From positions 20,150,001 to 20,214,000 of the forward strand of contig CM060734.1 in the NCBI GenBank assembly GCA_030704615.1: 64,000 bases of DNA. The letters run 5' to 3'. The notes beneath the pieces were generated by a model, which worked only from the letters and a program-made list of their open reading frames with translations, was not told where the DNA came from and did not search any database. Below, piece after piece: positions 47,601 through 61,204 of the stretch (its first letter is position 1; the number at the start of each line of letters is the position of its first letter). Both the position numbers and the translations under genes were made by a program. The stretch is from Takakia lepidozioides. Taxonomy: Eukaryota; Plantae; Bryophyta.

Positions 47601-50600
47601 GTGAGGGCCCTTGCCACTAGCCCTTTGGGTGGAAGGGCCTGCAATCTATGGAGAAAGATTGTAAGCCTGAAGAGGGCCTCGGATTGCAATGGTACACATG
47701 CGAACTCTGCACCTAGGATCTGAGATGGAGTTGTGCTCCTGGCGCCAAGCATTGCTTGGAGAAAAGATGACTGTAATGGTTCCAAATTCTTTTCCCACCA
47801 GGAGACAGGGACACCAGGTGCCCAGAACTCACAACCATAGATGGTAGCATGGCTGACGACGGTGTCAAACAGCCACTTTTTGGTCGGGGGATGCCGCAGA
47901 TGTATTTGCTTGCATTTGGCCTGAAGGCGGACGGAGGCCGCCTTACCTTTAGTCAACCTGTCCAAGGCAGTGGCTGCAAAGTGAAACTTGGGGGAGTGGA
48001 TAACCAGACCTAGGTACCGGTATGATTTCACAATCTCAATTTCCTGCTGGTTGAAGATGAATCTACGATCAGCCTGGCCATTGAAGACCATGATCTTGGT
48101 CTTGCTAAGATTGACCTGCATCCCATAGTCTTTGCAGAACTGTTCCAAAATTTTGAGATGGCGTTGCAGAAAGACCGGGGATTGTGCCAAAAGGGCAACA
48201 TCATCAGCATAGAGGAGATCTGATTGGGTTGGTCCCCCATCCAATGGGACTCCAACCCCATGGTTTTTTGATATGTAATTCTCCAAGGCGTCAATGTAGA
48301 TCCCGAACAGGGTAGGTGAAAGGGGGCAGCCCTGTTTGACTCCAATGTTGCTGTGGATCTCGGCTGAGAATTCACCAGCGACGTTGACCATGCCAGTGAC
48401 AATCTCATACATAGAAGAGATGGCACAAAGGATGTCTGGAGGGACTTCCACTCTATGGAGCCGTTGGAAGAGAAGGTCCCGAGGAACTGAATCAAAGGCT
48501 TTGTGAAAGTCCACGAAGCAAACATAGACCATTCTTTTGTCATAGCGTGCACTTTCCACCATAACTTGAAGAGTGAAGATGTGGTCAATAGTGGATCGGT
48601 TTCGACGGAAACCAGCCTGTCCCTCAGCACGAATGCGAGAGTACTCAGCCCAATCATCCAGTTCCATGGCCACTACTGCCCCAAACAGTTTAGCAAGTAA
48701 TGAGGACACCATGATAGTACGATAGAAAGAAAAACTTTATAACATCCTCAGGAAGCTCGAAGAGCTTATGGAATGAAAGAAAGCAGGAAAGAGGGAAAAT
48801 TGCACAAAGTAGAACACCAAGAAAAGAAAGAGAGAGAGGAGAGAAGAATCAATCTACTATGTCCAGGGGACAGAACGTACTCATAGGATGTTTGCCGTAG
48901 CCTTGTGGCGATAGACCCCATGCCCAGTTTGGACAGAAACATAGGGAATGGACACTACCATGACTTCTAGGAGAGAGAGAGAGAACTGGGGGGGAGGAGA
49001 ATACACACTTAGCTCAGAATCCTCAGGTTCCTTGCTTACCACGTACTGTGAATCATATGAAGATCGAAGAAGGAAGAGGAGAGGTTTCACTATTTTTCTC
49101 AGTTTCTCCTTCGAAGTAAAAATCCAATGCACACCAACACCCCCCATAACTACTGCACTGTTTTGGCTCCACAGCAATGGGGATGTACACTCCAGCAATC
49201 CTCGCACATCTGCTGGGATTTCAAACTCCTGGCTAGTGTCCTCCTGGAGATGCCCACCTCCAGTACTTTCCAATGATTCATCTAACTTTATACCCCAAGT
49301 AGTTTGAGGTCCCCAAATCACAGGCTCTCGAGAAGAACACCTGTTGCTATCCTCACCTGATCTGCCACCTGTCCACCTACTAGAAGAACCTGTATTAGAA
49401 AGCTTAGGTCTCCTATTTGGTCCCGCCTCCTCATCCTTGCTCTCACCATGCCCAGAGGAATTCTGTACAGTATCTCTCAGACCTCCGTGTCTAGCAACCG
49501 CATAGCGCATCAGGACATCCATTAGGACCACCTGACCCCACTCCTCAACATCGGGAAGCATTTCACATAGCTTGCAAAACCTGGGACCAAGAAGAGAGAG
49601 CTGGTCCGGGCACACCACAAGGAATGCTGCTGCCGCAGCACCCACCACCCCTGCTGAACTGTCACTCAGCAGCAAACATACAAGCTGCAACCCAGCAGTT
49701 CAGGTACTGCCTTTCCAAACAAGTTTCCATTGAACATCACAGAAAAATGCCAGGAGAGGGAAAAGTGTTTTTCCACATTTAATCCTGCAAGGTTCGGTAT
49801 GGATATGCCACTATAGGCCCCCAGAAATGTTACTTCATTGATACATCTACATTATACTTGCTCCATTGCTGGTGCAGACGCTGAATAGGTTTACTGCTAG
49901 AGGCTTTATAGAGGTCCATTGCTGAAAGTATACCAGCAAAAGACACACAAATTCTGAGCTCAGAGTTCTGGGACTAGCCATGATATGACATGGATTCAAT
50001 GAAATTTAAAAGTGATGAGTATTCAAGTTGTGCCACAAATGATGGGGAAGGAAACAGTCATGCTCAATTGCAAGTTCACTCGAGAAATAAAAACACTGCT
50101 TTGCAAGGGACGATTTACCTCTTCCAAAGCTTCTGCATGCTGTTCGCGGTCCAAAGCAAAAATTTTGGGAATTGCATGGGCTGCACAACGCCGTACATAT
50201 TGGGATGGATCCCTGGCACACTTGTTCACAGCCATAACCACAAGCGGTACTACGACGCGCACTCGGATGCCTGACATGGCTCGGAGAGACCACCCACGGA
50301 CAAGTGGGTTAAGATCAGAGAGATCTTTCTGGAAGCTGTTAATGGACAGCAATGCTTCATCAGGCCGCCTGCCAGAATACAAATACACATCCACAAGTGC
50401 ACTAAACGATGTGAGCCATTTGGAAATGGTACATGCAGGGCACCATACGTTGGAACTGGAGTAAGCAGGTGCCTCCAATCCTTACAGGTTCCCTTGCATA
50501 TTGCTCGGAGCTGAAACCACACTCAGACAGATTTACTCCTAAGGGCCACCAACATGGATACACTTTCCACTCAGCGGACAAGACAGATCTTGGACCGCTC

Positions 50601-52402
50601 AGACCTGCATAAATTAGAGACCCAAAGAAACAAGCAAGGATTTGCATGCCGACGGCTTCCCTGCCGGCTGGGGAGGCGGCATAGCCATCCCTGACAAGGA
50701 AGTTGCCTGGTTTTCCAAAGCCGGATGCACATTGAACCTCCACAGCCTTGCCAATTGAACTTCATGATTTCATGCCCTCCCCACCCGCTAACCGGACTAA
50801 GTCAGGGCCTTGGGTATGACCACTGGCTGCAAGTGTCCTGGTGGGTGCACATGCCGCCATCTCTCAGCTATGAGAAAGATGAGCTGTAGCTAGGAGAATT
50901 TGTGTCCCACTTACTAACAAGGGTTTGGATATTCGGCACCCTCGGTGTCCCATGTCTTAGGAAAAGGTCCAGCAAACCTTGGCATCTTGGAGTCACAAAT
51001 GCCCAAACCAGCAAATCAGATGAGAGAGATCTTTCTAGCAACAAAATGGAAATAAGTTGAAAATTAGGCTGCCTCCCAAAATGCAATTACATAACCAGAA
51101 GACTCTGCAGCAGAAAACAACCAAAATGACAATTCAACTTTTCACTTGAAAGAATAATTTGTAACCACAGTTTGAATTCTTTCAAAGTAGCTGCAGTCAA
51201 GCCAAAGCTGCAGCAGCCATTAGACAGTTTGAGATGGTTATGATGCAGTTTTATAATGGTCATGGTGGGCACGTGATGAGACTCCTATGCCTGTTTTTGA
51301 AGGGCAACCACAACTCCCTTCATCAAACTCTTGTTGGTGTTTTAGGCAGTTGAGGAATGATACACTCAACAAACTAACATCGGTGAAGGACAACACCAAG
51401 GAGCGCACTTTTCAGCATAATGCACGAGGTAGATGTAGACTAGCTTCTTCACCTCCAATGTCGTTGATGCCACATTCTTCACCACCTGCCATTCAGGAGA
51501 AGAGATTTTCAAAAAAATAGCACACAAAAGGGGGTTGCTGTTCAGAAAGGACAGCACAGTACCCAGAAACCTACATTTCCAATGGCCTCCCCATGGGTTG
51601 TGAGGATAACCCATCGGCGCAGGACATACTTGTCAGAGAGGGATTTCATCCTTTAAGGGGCCATGCTACCCTTTCAATTAAAAGCCATGATTAAAAACAA
51701 ACCTCCAGTTTCAAAGTTGTGGAAAGACCTCTTAATGTCGTTGAAAACCGCGGAGCCTAATTGAAAAGATGTTCAGCCAATACATGCAGAAATATGCCAC
51801 GAAGGATAGTTGAAATGCAAAGCCCTGGCTACCCTCAAGTTTCAAAGTTGTGGAAAGAGCTCTTAATGGCATTGAAAACCATGGAGCCTAATTGAAAGAT
51901 ATTCAGCAAATACATATAGAAATCTGCCACAGAGGATAGTTGAACTGCAAAGCCCGGGCTACGATTGAGAATACCCATATCACTCCACCGACGTGGAGGG
52001 CTTTTATTACATGGGTTGTACCAAGAGGATGATTGCTGAGAGAATGTTGATAGGTGTAACACATATGTCCGAGCAAGAGTCCAGCTTCATCGAACTACAT
52101 GGCAGACAGAATACCACTGGATTCAATAAGACAGAACCAGCTATGTCTTTCATGGAACAATACAGTGGGTCTGTGTGTTCACCAACCTGTGGGAAAAAAT
52201 TAGACACATCACGGCCCTGCGATACCAAGGCAATCAAGCGTTTCATGCCCTGGGCCTTCTCAGCTTCAAACTTGCTGTCCAGAAGCATGGCAATGTTGGC
52301 ATCTTCAGGATCGTCGTACAGATATGCATCTGTTCCTACTCTGCTCATCAACGCTGTTGCTCTTGTCAGCGACGCCGCCGTACTTACAAATTGAGGAAGC
52401 AT
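41651..52402 (-). CDS. AP3B: AP-3 adaptor complex beta subunit, about 10 exons
   Basis: LLDSKFEAEK..MKRLIAL..GRDVSNFFPQ|VVKNVA..EVKKLVYIYL..YAE|RPDEALLSINSFQKDL; LPDVEEWGQ; ARAVVIWMVGEY; DVRDRARM; LLDFTNGGGLEV. Confidence 0.93.
46410..46860 (-). repeat. Three stacked LINE/SINE 3'-end fragments, each with an (AAATG)n tail on the plus strand
   Basis: aaatgaaatggt..ttataa..ccgc.gaagctc..agagctta.gggaca starting near 46411, 46607 and 46749. Confidence 0.9.
46882..48724 (-). mobile_element. 5'-truncated LINE, near-identical to 38454-40129, inside an AP3B intron; frameshift near 47368
   Basis: Same RT and zinc-finger protein with few substitutions; tail at 46883-46902. Confidence 0.93.
51706..51962. 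repeat. ~130-bp tandem duplication in AP3B intron 1
   Basis: agtttcaaagttgtggaaaga...tgcaaagccc occurs twice. Confidence 0.9.
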
Positions 52403-52835
52403 GATGCCTATCAATAATCACTTCTACTACCAGTGTGAGCTTGCGAATGAAGGAACTTAACACAGTGGCACCCAGACAGATATTCTCGACGAGGATACTG
52501 GATCCAAATTCTTGATGTTCACCCCCGACCTCCATCACAACCTCATCGCATAACCCATTGACCTCATATACATCTAGACACCTGCAATTTCTCAAATGTC
52601 TTCATGTCAGTGATGGTCTCTCCGATCGTGAGCCGAACAAGTGATTGCTTGGCTACTACTTGTAACATTGCGATCCCAACAGAGCAAGCAGCTCACGGAT
52701 TCAACTTCTTCTTCGCTCAATCCAGCGCCGCACTTCTCTACCTTCCAAGGCGGAACTTTGAGCAAGTTGTAAATCCTTGGAATTAGGCTGCCTGTGGGTT
52801 GGAACTCAAGACCTTCTACTCGGCATGTTCAAAAT

Positions 52836-53570
52836 GTCTGATATATATATTATATTATATATGTATTATATGTATATCAATATATGAATCGAGACGTTTG
52901 TTTTGTTTTGTTTTGTTTTGTTTGTTTTTCTGTTTTGTCACGTTGAGATGTCCCAAACCGCGGGGGGCCCGCCCCTGTGCTTACTACCTACTGTTCGAAA
53001 GCCCTCAATGAGGAGGAGGGGTGCATGGGCTTGGTCTCATGATTCTTGGACCCGCGGTGTGGGAGATGTGGAATTTCAACTAATTTGGGTCACTGTAAAT
53101 TCACTAAAAATAGCAAAGTGGGCATTCCTTCGACAATGGTTGGAGCCTCGACATGAGAGATATAAAGGGAAAGGTCTCTGGTTCAAATCTGGTCGTAGGC
53201 TTTGAGGGAAAAAAATGATTAGATATGGCTTGCTTCATATATCACTACAATACAAGCTGGGCTTTTCGACTCTGTATTTGAGTCGTTTGCGACATTTTTA
53301 CTCCCAGCCTCCATAGTCGAACATGCGTGACAAAGGTCGAGTCGTTTCAGTCAAGCAGTCGAATCCAGATGCCAGGTTCTGACAGTGAAATGTGACAGTA
53401 AAACCTAGGGGGACGTGTAATAAAGTGATTGTACCACAGTGTGACGTGGATGGCTATGACATGGCTATAACGTGTAGTAAAGTGGTTTAACTGCATTATG
53501 ACATGGATGCATGACGTGTAGTAAAATGGTTCTACTGTAGTATGACGTGGATGCATGACGTGTACCTAGT
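52836..53570 (+). mobile_element. Non-autonomous Helitron-like repeat
   Basis: AT-rich start, (TTTTG)n, gttgagatNtcccaaac core shared with 55390-55560; ends CTAG|T. Confidence 0.5.
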
Positions 53571-53869
53571 ATATATATATACATAAATATATAATATGGT
53601 TTATATCTAAATATATAAATATATATAAGGATTTTTGTTTAATGTTTGGTTTTATTGTTTTTATTTATTACTGTTATTTGTTTTTTCATTTATTTTCATT
53701 TTATATCTATATAAATATGAATTATTGGGTTTTGTATTTAAATTTATTGATTCGTTGCACTGCATTGAAAATATATTACAAATACAGTAAAACATAGAAT
53801 ACAAATACATGGCAGGAATCAAAAACATTTGGATGGCTCAAAAACTGGTTTATATCAAGAGTGTTTTTA

Positions 53870-54660
53870 AAACAAGTTTTGGCCACATTCTACAGATGAC
53901 CAAGATGAGGGCTATGTTGCCATATCCATAGATCACTGCCCAAGTGACGTCATTGAGTAAGGAAAATCTGATGTGCAGCTAGGTAAAGCACTATTGTGGA
54001 CATGTCAAGAGAACATCAGAAATCATTTTGAGAATGAATTCAGGAACTTGTAGTTCTTGAGAATGATGGTGTCAGCTACCATGTCACCCAAAGTGACATC
54101 CACTTGATCCAGGGCTGCCTTCACAAACATATCCACCAATGCAGTGTTTAGAGTGACATATAGTGATACAATTCCAGCTTTAAAGATGTCACCATGGACC
54201 TTTGTGCCCATTTTAGGGCCGCCAAGCTCACATTTGCCGTAGATGTACACCAAAGGAATGTTCAGGATGACATCTAGTACAATTCCAGCTTTGATAATGT
54301 CACCATGAACCTCTTTGCCCCTTCCCAGGGTTGCTAGGCTCGCATATGCATATTACAAACACAAATGAATATGACTTGGTCTGGGTTCATCCCTTCCCAC
54401 ATCATTTGCTCTTAGGTTTCCAAAGCCTTAATCCCATACCCATGCTGCACATACCTTGCAATCATGGCACTCCAAAACACCACATCTCGTTCAGCCATAT
54501 TCGAACTCTCTCTTCGCATCAGGCTTGCTGCACCCACATTTGGCATACATGTCCACCAAGGCAGAGTTCAGAATGACAACTGGCATGCACTCTCTTGGCA
54601 AGAATAGCTGAAGGAGCAGGGGTGGAATGTGGGTTCAGATTCATGCAAGAGGGCATTCGG
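53870..54660 (-). pseudogene. PLS-class pentatricopeptide repeat (PPR) gene remnant
   Basis: LVDMYAKCG, MAERDVVFWSAMIA, VHGDIFKAG, NTALVDMF; stops and frameshifts. Confidence 0.8.
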
Positions 54661-55194
54661 CTTCCTATACCTTCCACGATCAGATCATATCGTCAACCTA
54701 CATCTGAAACTATGGATCAGTTCAGCTCGACTTCATACCATACCGATAAACTAAGCACTCCACACTGCTTTCTAGTACAAATCGACACCCTACCTTTGCT
54801 GACTTATGTACACAATAATCTTAGTGTCATGTCAACGAGGACCTATGAATTGTACTTCTAGCCATCGCTAGTTTAGATACTTTGTACACCTTGAGAGAGT
54901 TTCTGAACCGAAAGATTCTCTCTCACTATCCATTGACTTCAGCTTTCAGTGCTCACCCTACACATGCCATGATGGACTAGTCTCTTCTAAACACCAAGCA
55001 CATGTTCAGCCCTACCATACATGCTCTTAGTTCAGAAAAAAATGAAACCCATGACGCCCTTACACTTCAAACGGAGATCGCTTCAAGCACAAAATTACCT
55101 ATGATTCTTTGCCCTGCCCCTTATAAACCAAGGAAACAATTCAGCAGATTCAGATACTTAGCTCCCTCTCTTGCATGAGTGCATAAGGAACATA

Positions 55195-56266
55195 TATTGA
55201 TGCACTTGGACTTAGATGACATTGGACACTTGGGCCAACGGCACAAGCTACCCTGGAGGTCATACTTGGGCCTAGACATAGGAGATGCACTTGAATGCAT
55301 AGGAGATTGCACTTGGGCTTACATGACCCTGGACACTTGGGCCAACGGCACAGGCTACCCTAGTCAATATATGAAGGAAGCCAATTTGTTTGTTTTGTTT
55401 TGTTTAGTTTTGTAGCGTCGTTGAGATCTCCCAAACTGCGGAGCCCCAGCCCTCGTGCTTAGTGCCGTTGGAAAGCCCTCGATGAGGAGGGGTGCACCGA
55501 CTTGGTCTCATAATTTTTGGACCCACGGTGTGGGAGATATGGAATTTGGAGTACTTTTGGTCGCTGGAAATTCGGGAAAAATAGTAAAGTGGGCTTTTTT
55601 GGAGAAGTGATTGGCCCTTCACGTGGGAGATTTGGAATTTCAAGTACTTTTGGTCGCCATAAATTCGCGAAAAATAGCAAAGTGGATATATCCATATATG
55701 AAGCCTCGACGGGAGAGATTGCAAAAATAGCAAAGAACAATGACGTGGACTAGCTTGAGCAAGGGTTCCACTGTCAGGGCTAGTGGGGGACCATGAAGTC
55801 TCCCCACTCACAAGCATTGAGGATGCGTTGCAGTCGTGGCAATCATTGTTGTCTCCACTCCTACCCGACAAAGAGAGTGACAAGCTTGACTTTGTGGGCC
55901 TTGGCACAAGCTGCAACTCCATGCTAGTGGCTTCACTAGGTTCAGCTGCATCCCTTGTCATCACCCCTACACTAATGGCTGAGGTTTGAGGTGGCCCTGG
56001 ACCAGCAGGTCCATCAACATCAACCAGTGAGCAGATAGCATAGGAGACGCACATGGGAGATGCCCTTGAATACATCGGAGACACACTGGCATACGTAGAA
56101 AATTTCACTTGGTTTTAGATTTCAATTCTTCACACATGGGCCAACGACACAGGCTACCGAGGTCGCACTTGGGCCTCGACATAGGAGACGCACTTGGATA
56201 CATAGGGGATTGCACTTGGACTTAGATGACATTGGACACTTGGGCCAACGGCATAGGCTACCCTAG
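55195..56266 (+). mobile_element. Tandem non-autonomous Helitron-like units (3' part to 55363, then 55364-56266)
   Basis: Both end gggccaacggca.aggctaccCTAG; second starts TC; internal cacttgg repeats. Confidence 0.55.
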
Positions 56267-56744
56267 TATATTTTAAAGGCCCGGGAGTTAAACCCCATAA
56301 CTTTATAGAAAATCAAGGAAAAAATAACCTTGAGTGAAACAAAGGTCATGAAGTCAAATAAAGGGGACTCTACCCCGTGACCGTTCACAATTGGTGAGAA
56401 AGAAGGAAAGAGAAGAGCATGAAGAATATGATGGATAGGAAAGAGCGTCTAAGCCTGCGAATCAGAAGCTATCTTTTTCTTCGCTTAGAAGGCTCAAAAG
56501 AAAGTTGAGCCCTCGACTTGCAACATTATTTTAATTAATTCTGGACTTTTGGCTTAAATCCGGACTAAACTTAATATATATTTGAATTAAAATTAATTGA
56601 AATATTAATAATATCATGGTGTAATGTGTGATTGAACTTTGTGAAATTACAGGTGATATCATGCTTATTTCAAAATGTGTCATATAAGAGGTCCATTTGA
56701 CATTGAAGTGCTTGTGAAGTAGCAGTATTGGATGTGACAAGAGC

Positions 56745-57190
56745 AATAAAATATTAAAATAGCATGAAACATTCGGAAGAGGTACTAGGGTAGTACAATA
56801 AGGTTTGGCGTGTAACTAGAGAGAAGTGCAATAAGGTTTGGGTTTACAGTAAGGGTAAGGGTTTAGGGTTTGGATTCAGGGTACAAAGGGACAAACAAAT
56901 ATGATGGACTCACACTCGGTAGAATTAAGAAATGGTTGAGGAATTTGATATCATTGTAATCATTCTATCATACCTTATCCAACAAAAGAAAATATTAAAA
57001 GAGCATGAAACATTGAGAAGAGGTAACATGGTAGTACAATAAGGTTTAGAGTGTAACTAGGGTAGTACACTAAAGTTTTTGGTTTATGGTAAGATTAATG
57101 GTTTAGGGGTGATGGTAAAGGTAGGGGTTTTCGGTTTGGGTTTAAGGTACAAATGGTCAAACAAATATGGAAGACTCACACTCGCTAGAA
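56745..57190. repeat. ~240-bp diverged tandem duplication with telomere-like GGGTTT(A) motifs
   Basis: aaatattaaaa.agcatgaaacatt..gaagaggta at ~56750 and ~56990; gggtttagggttt at ~56859. Confidence 0.8.
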
Positions 57191-57485
57191 CTTGGTGTGT
57201 GTTAGTAGGATAAAAAATAAAAATAAAAATGGAGAAACAAATATTATGGAAGAATCATTGGGCCGGACAAGTATTTAAATTGAAGATTCGTCCTTGGAAC
57301 CTGGTATTAGGATACATAGAAAGCACCTATGCAAAGGCTTAGTACATGTCAAACCAAAACAAAGGAGAAAACTAGCGCAAAAATGGAGTGAAAGACATTT
57401 AGATAACCACAATGGTCATGGTTATGGTATGGAAACATAAAAAAACAAATCCAATAAATAATATTAAAAAAACAACGTGACATAC

Positions 57486-60155
57486 CACGGGAGACCTCCC
57501 GTGTTACACCTAAAAATCAGTAACAATATCGCGAGGATACAGTTTACAAAGTCAGATTTAGAAGGGGCCACCGTTGAAATAGACATATAAAAGTACATTC
57601 CGCTAGGGAAGAAAATACGATATTCGGACCCCGACATATCCTTATCAGATAACGAACCAAATTGGGACTCAATGAGCGCTATGGTGAATGAGAATAATAA
57701 TCATGTCAGTCTGCAATAGACAAGAATCTATAGCACGGGAGATCTCCCGTGCTATGTGCGTAAAATACAATCAACCAGAACAAAACTTTCACTGAGATGC
57801 AGGCAGTCAGGGTTCAAATCGCTAGAGATATAGATGTTTAGAAATTGAAAGTTTCAAATGGTCGCACAAAGAATTCAAGGTCAACTTCTGATTGTCAAAG
57901 GAGCTCCCACAAAATCCTGGCAATCACCAGTAAGATCAACATTAACACATATTGTCGTCAAATTAGCACAGGTGATCTCCCGTGCACCTCTGTACACTGT
58001 GCTTAATCAAACTCACTTTGATCGTTCGCAGCATATAGATTTGCTTTTGCTTTAACTGCTTCGGCCTTTCCAATACGTCTAGAGCTCCACTTGGAGGTAT
58101 TCTTCCGAGGTCGCATTGTCCACACCACACTCTTCGTATGTATCCACTTTGGTGGATCAGATTCATTGAACTCCCAAGCTTTGTCCCATCAGTTTCTATA
58201 CATGTCCAAGTCCTCCGCTGCAGCACCTTTAAGTCTCCACCACTCTAGAAGGACTTGCCGATATCTCTCATCTGAACGGTCACGAACAACATCAGAGATT
58301 GCCACACCCATCCAAATTGGATATGTCTCTGTGTCTAGTAGTCGAACAAGTACGAAGTTTCCAATTTCAATATCTTTGAATGGGTTCATCGGCTCTTTAG
58401 GTCTTTTACTCTTTGGCCACAATAGGGATCCAGCTGATTGCGATCTTCCTCCTCTGACTCCTCCTGGTTCTCATATTCAACCCTAATCCCATCTCTGTCA
58501 TGGTTATCTTTCCACGGAGTCGAAGGCCAAAACCCCTCCTCCAGCTTGTCCTTTGGCTCAGGCAATGGCTTGCCAGTTCAATAAGAACATCCTTCCAATA
58601 CTCATCGTAGTTCTTCATGATATTTTCGTAGTTCTTGTCGAGATCCATCCCAAGTCTCCAGAATTCACGGTACTTCGAAAGGCCATTTACAATACTGGCA
58701 TCTTTTTCCCTGGCGTCTGGCTTTATACCCCAAATAGGCTGCAGTGGAACAGGTTCCGGGACCCCCTGGGGTAGCAGGGGAGACCTCCCGTCCTCAGCAA
58801 CCTTCCACGTTTTGACTGCACCCTGCTTCGGAAGCCAGTCAACGTTGGTTGCTGATTTCTTATACTTCATTATAGGCCAACCGTCACAATCCACATAGAA
58901 CTTTCAGATATGCCGATTAGCGCATCGCTCCCATCAATAATATATCCATCCACAAACTTCTTGAAGTCTGCGACCTCCTGTATCAGTTGAGGGATAAATG
59001 ACAGGTTTTGAGACTCCATAAAGAGGCGCATGAGATCCAGAAGGATATATGTGCTCTCATAGATAACTAAAGTATGCATCAATATCCTCGTGGGTGTGAC
59101 CAACCATCAGGAATCCAAGCTGGATCTCTTCAAAAACACCTCTCGCCGTCAAGAGTGATAAAAAAAGCAAGCATCCAGCGATTTTTGTTCTCTCTTGAAG
59201 AATAGTCCATTTGCAGGTATAGTCGATGGGGTAATGGCTTGGCTCGAACAGGGCCTTGGGATACCCTAGGCTTCAGTGCTATCTCACATCAAGACTTTCC
59301 CCTCATTAGAGTTTCGAAAAAGGAGTTTTGCATTGGATGATCGAAAATTTCTCTTGAGTCTCGACACGTGGGCTTCTCAAGAGCGCGAAGACAACGAGCC
59401 AAGGAGCTGATTGTCAAATTAGGATCACTTGGCCAGAACTCGTTCGTGAACTGAGCATAAGCACCGTCACCATGGCCATGAGTCACCATACCTGTTAGGG
59501 ATATAGGTAGCTGACCAAGACCAGATGTCATCTTGTTTGTTACGAAGAGCCGAGGCAACGCAGTCTTCGAGTGATCCATCTTATCGTGCATAATACACAG
59601 AAATTCCTCACCCATCATGCTGATTCATTTCGCCAACTATGATAAAGCCTGCGACATGACTCCTGATGCTTCAAATGTCTCTCAAATTTCCTTTTGTGCT
59701 TTCTCTGCTCCTCAGTTCCGCTGACTGACTTCTGGATAAGATCTTTGAACATCTCACAATCTGTGCATTTCACGAATTTTCCACCAGGTTTCCGAACCTC
59801 AACATTCCCAAAAAGTTTCGTTCGAATTCAGCTAATTCCAGACTTCGACAATTCCTTCAAGCCCATTCGTTCGTTCGCCTGATCCAATTGTCAACAATAT
59901 ATAGAGTTGGTATTCTATTAGGGACAGGAGACCTCCCATGGAGATTGAAATTGAGATCGAATATTCCAACATCTACATCCAAGACATATGAAAATTTGAT
60001 AGATGCAAAAAGAACGACAGACACAAAATTTCGTTCTTAAATAGATGGACAAAATTGCTCCGAACGATCCATCAATGGACTATCGGTTGTTATGCTGACG
60101 ATTTGATATCAACTATTAGCACGCGTAGCAGAATGATTACGGGAGGTCTCCCGTG
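57486..60155. repeat. Dispersed palindrome CACGGGAG-RY-CTCCCGTG (6 copies)
   Basis: Copies near 57486, 57734, 57967, 58775, 59925 and 60139. Confidence 0.85.
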
Positions 60156-60600
60156 ACATACGCTCCTTGAAAGTAGAAAATATTTATAGAGGCAGAATCG
60201 GATTGGGTTGGAAAGCAGTATCCAACCTCATTGGACAGTCAGTTTAGCTCATTCCAATTCATCTCCACCGGCAGCAACTTCAGAACATCTTGCCTTCCTT
60301 CTCCGATACCTCTCATTTTATGAGGCATAAGGTCACTGTTTCTGGAAATCAGCGACAACAAATTCGCCTCGGCCTGCAGGATTTTTGCTTGGGGTTTCTT
60401 CATTCCTCTGTTTCCATGCATTGACGAGATGTATCCATCATTACTCTTCCTTTTGTATCCATGGTACGTTGACCTTCCGATCCCATGGATTGTCCACCAC
60501 ACCTTCTCACAGACCTCAACTCCTTCCATTGTAAGGTAGGCATGACGACCACAACCTGGTAGTCGGTGTAGTCGTTGTGGGATGTCAAACCCTAACAATC
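58050..60600 (-). pseudogene. Degraded DNA-transposase-like gene (DUF7869/Sola-like motif set)
   Basis: EVCEKVWWTIHGI; CIMHDKMDHSKT; LTGMVTHGHG; LYLQMDYSSRENKN; GFLMVGHTHEDIDA; many frameshifts. Confidence 0.7.
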
Positions 60601-61204
60601 AGGGCCAGGTCACCTGAGCCGGTTCTGGAAGTAACCTCCACTGTCCAGTCGACGTTGCCATCTGCAGGGAATGAGTCGGAGAACCCTCCTACTCGCGGGG
60701 AAGGAGAAGAGATGGAGCAGCACAAGCGCGGAATCCAACAACAACCCGATGCGGGTACTCCATTGGCTTTATTCTTATTAGTCTTCTGGTCTTTCGGTCT
60801 TTCAGTCTCATCTTTGGTATTGCTCAATTCGATTATTTTGTCCGATCACTTTGTCCACCATACTTCTCAACCGTCGGATTCCAAAATATGTTGTAGATTC
60901 GTGAGATGACGGCTGAGGAGATCAAACACCCACGAACTGACTCCATCGAGACTGAGACGGTGAAGAGACAAGTGGATTGGACAATCACTGTCGCACTATC
61001 TGAGCCGGTCCTACGAGTAACCTCCATTGGACAGTCGAGGTTGCCATATGGTGCCACAGGGTTGGAGGATAGCGTTTCTCGGAGAGATGGGAAAGAGGAG
61101 GAGCAGCCTGCTCAAGGATCCCAGCAGCCGCCCCCAAAAACGGTAATCCTTTCAACTTCTTTTTCCGTTTCTCTACATTGGGCTTACTGAAGTTGAAATT
61201 AATA

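Noticed and set aside
50560-50860. Self-cleaving ribozyme or SINE in AP3B intron 2
   Set aside because: GC-rich stems are present but I could not match hammerhead, HDV or twister cores, or Pol III boxes; needs an Infernal search
56810-57145. Interstitial telomere
   Set aside because: Only one or two perfect TTTAGGG units within a degenerate duplication
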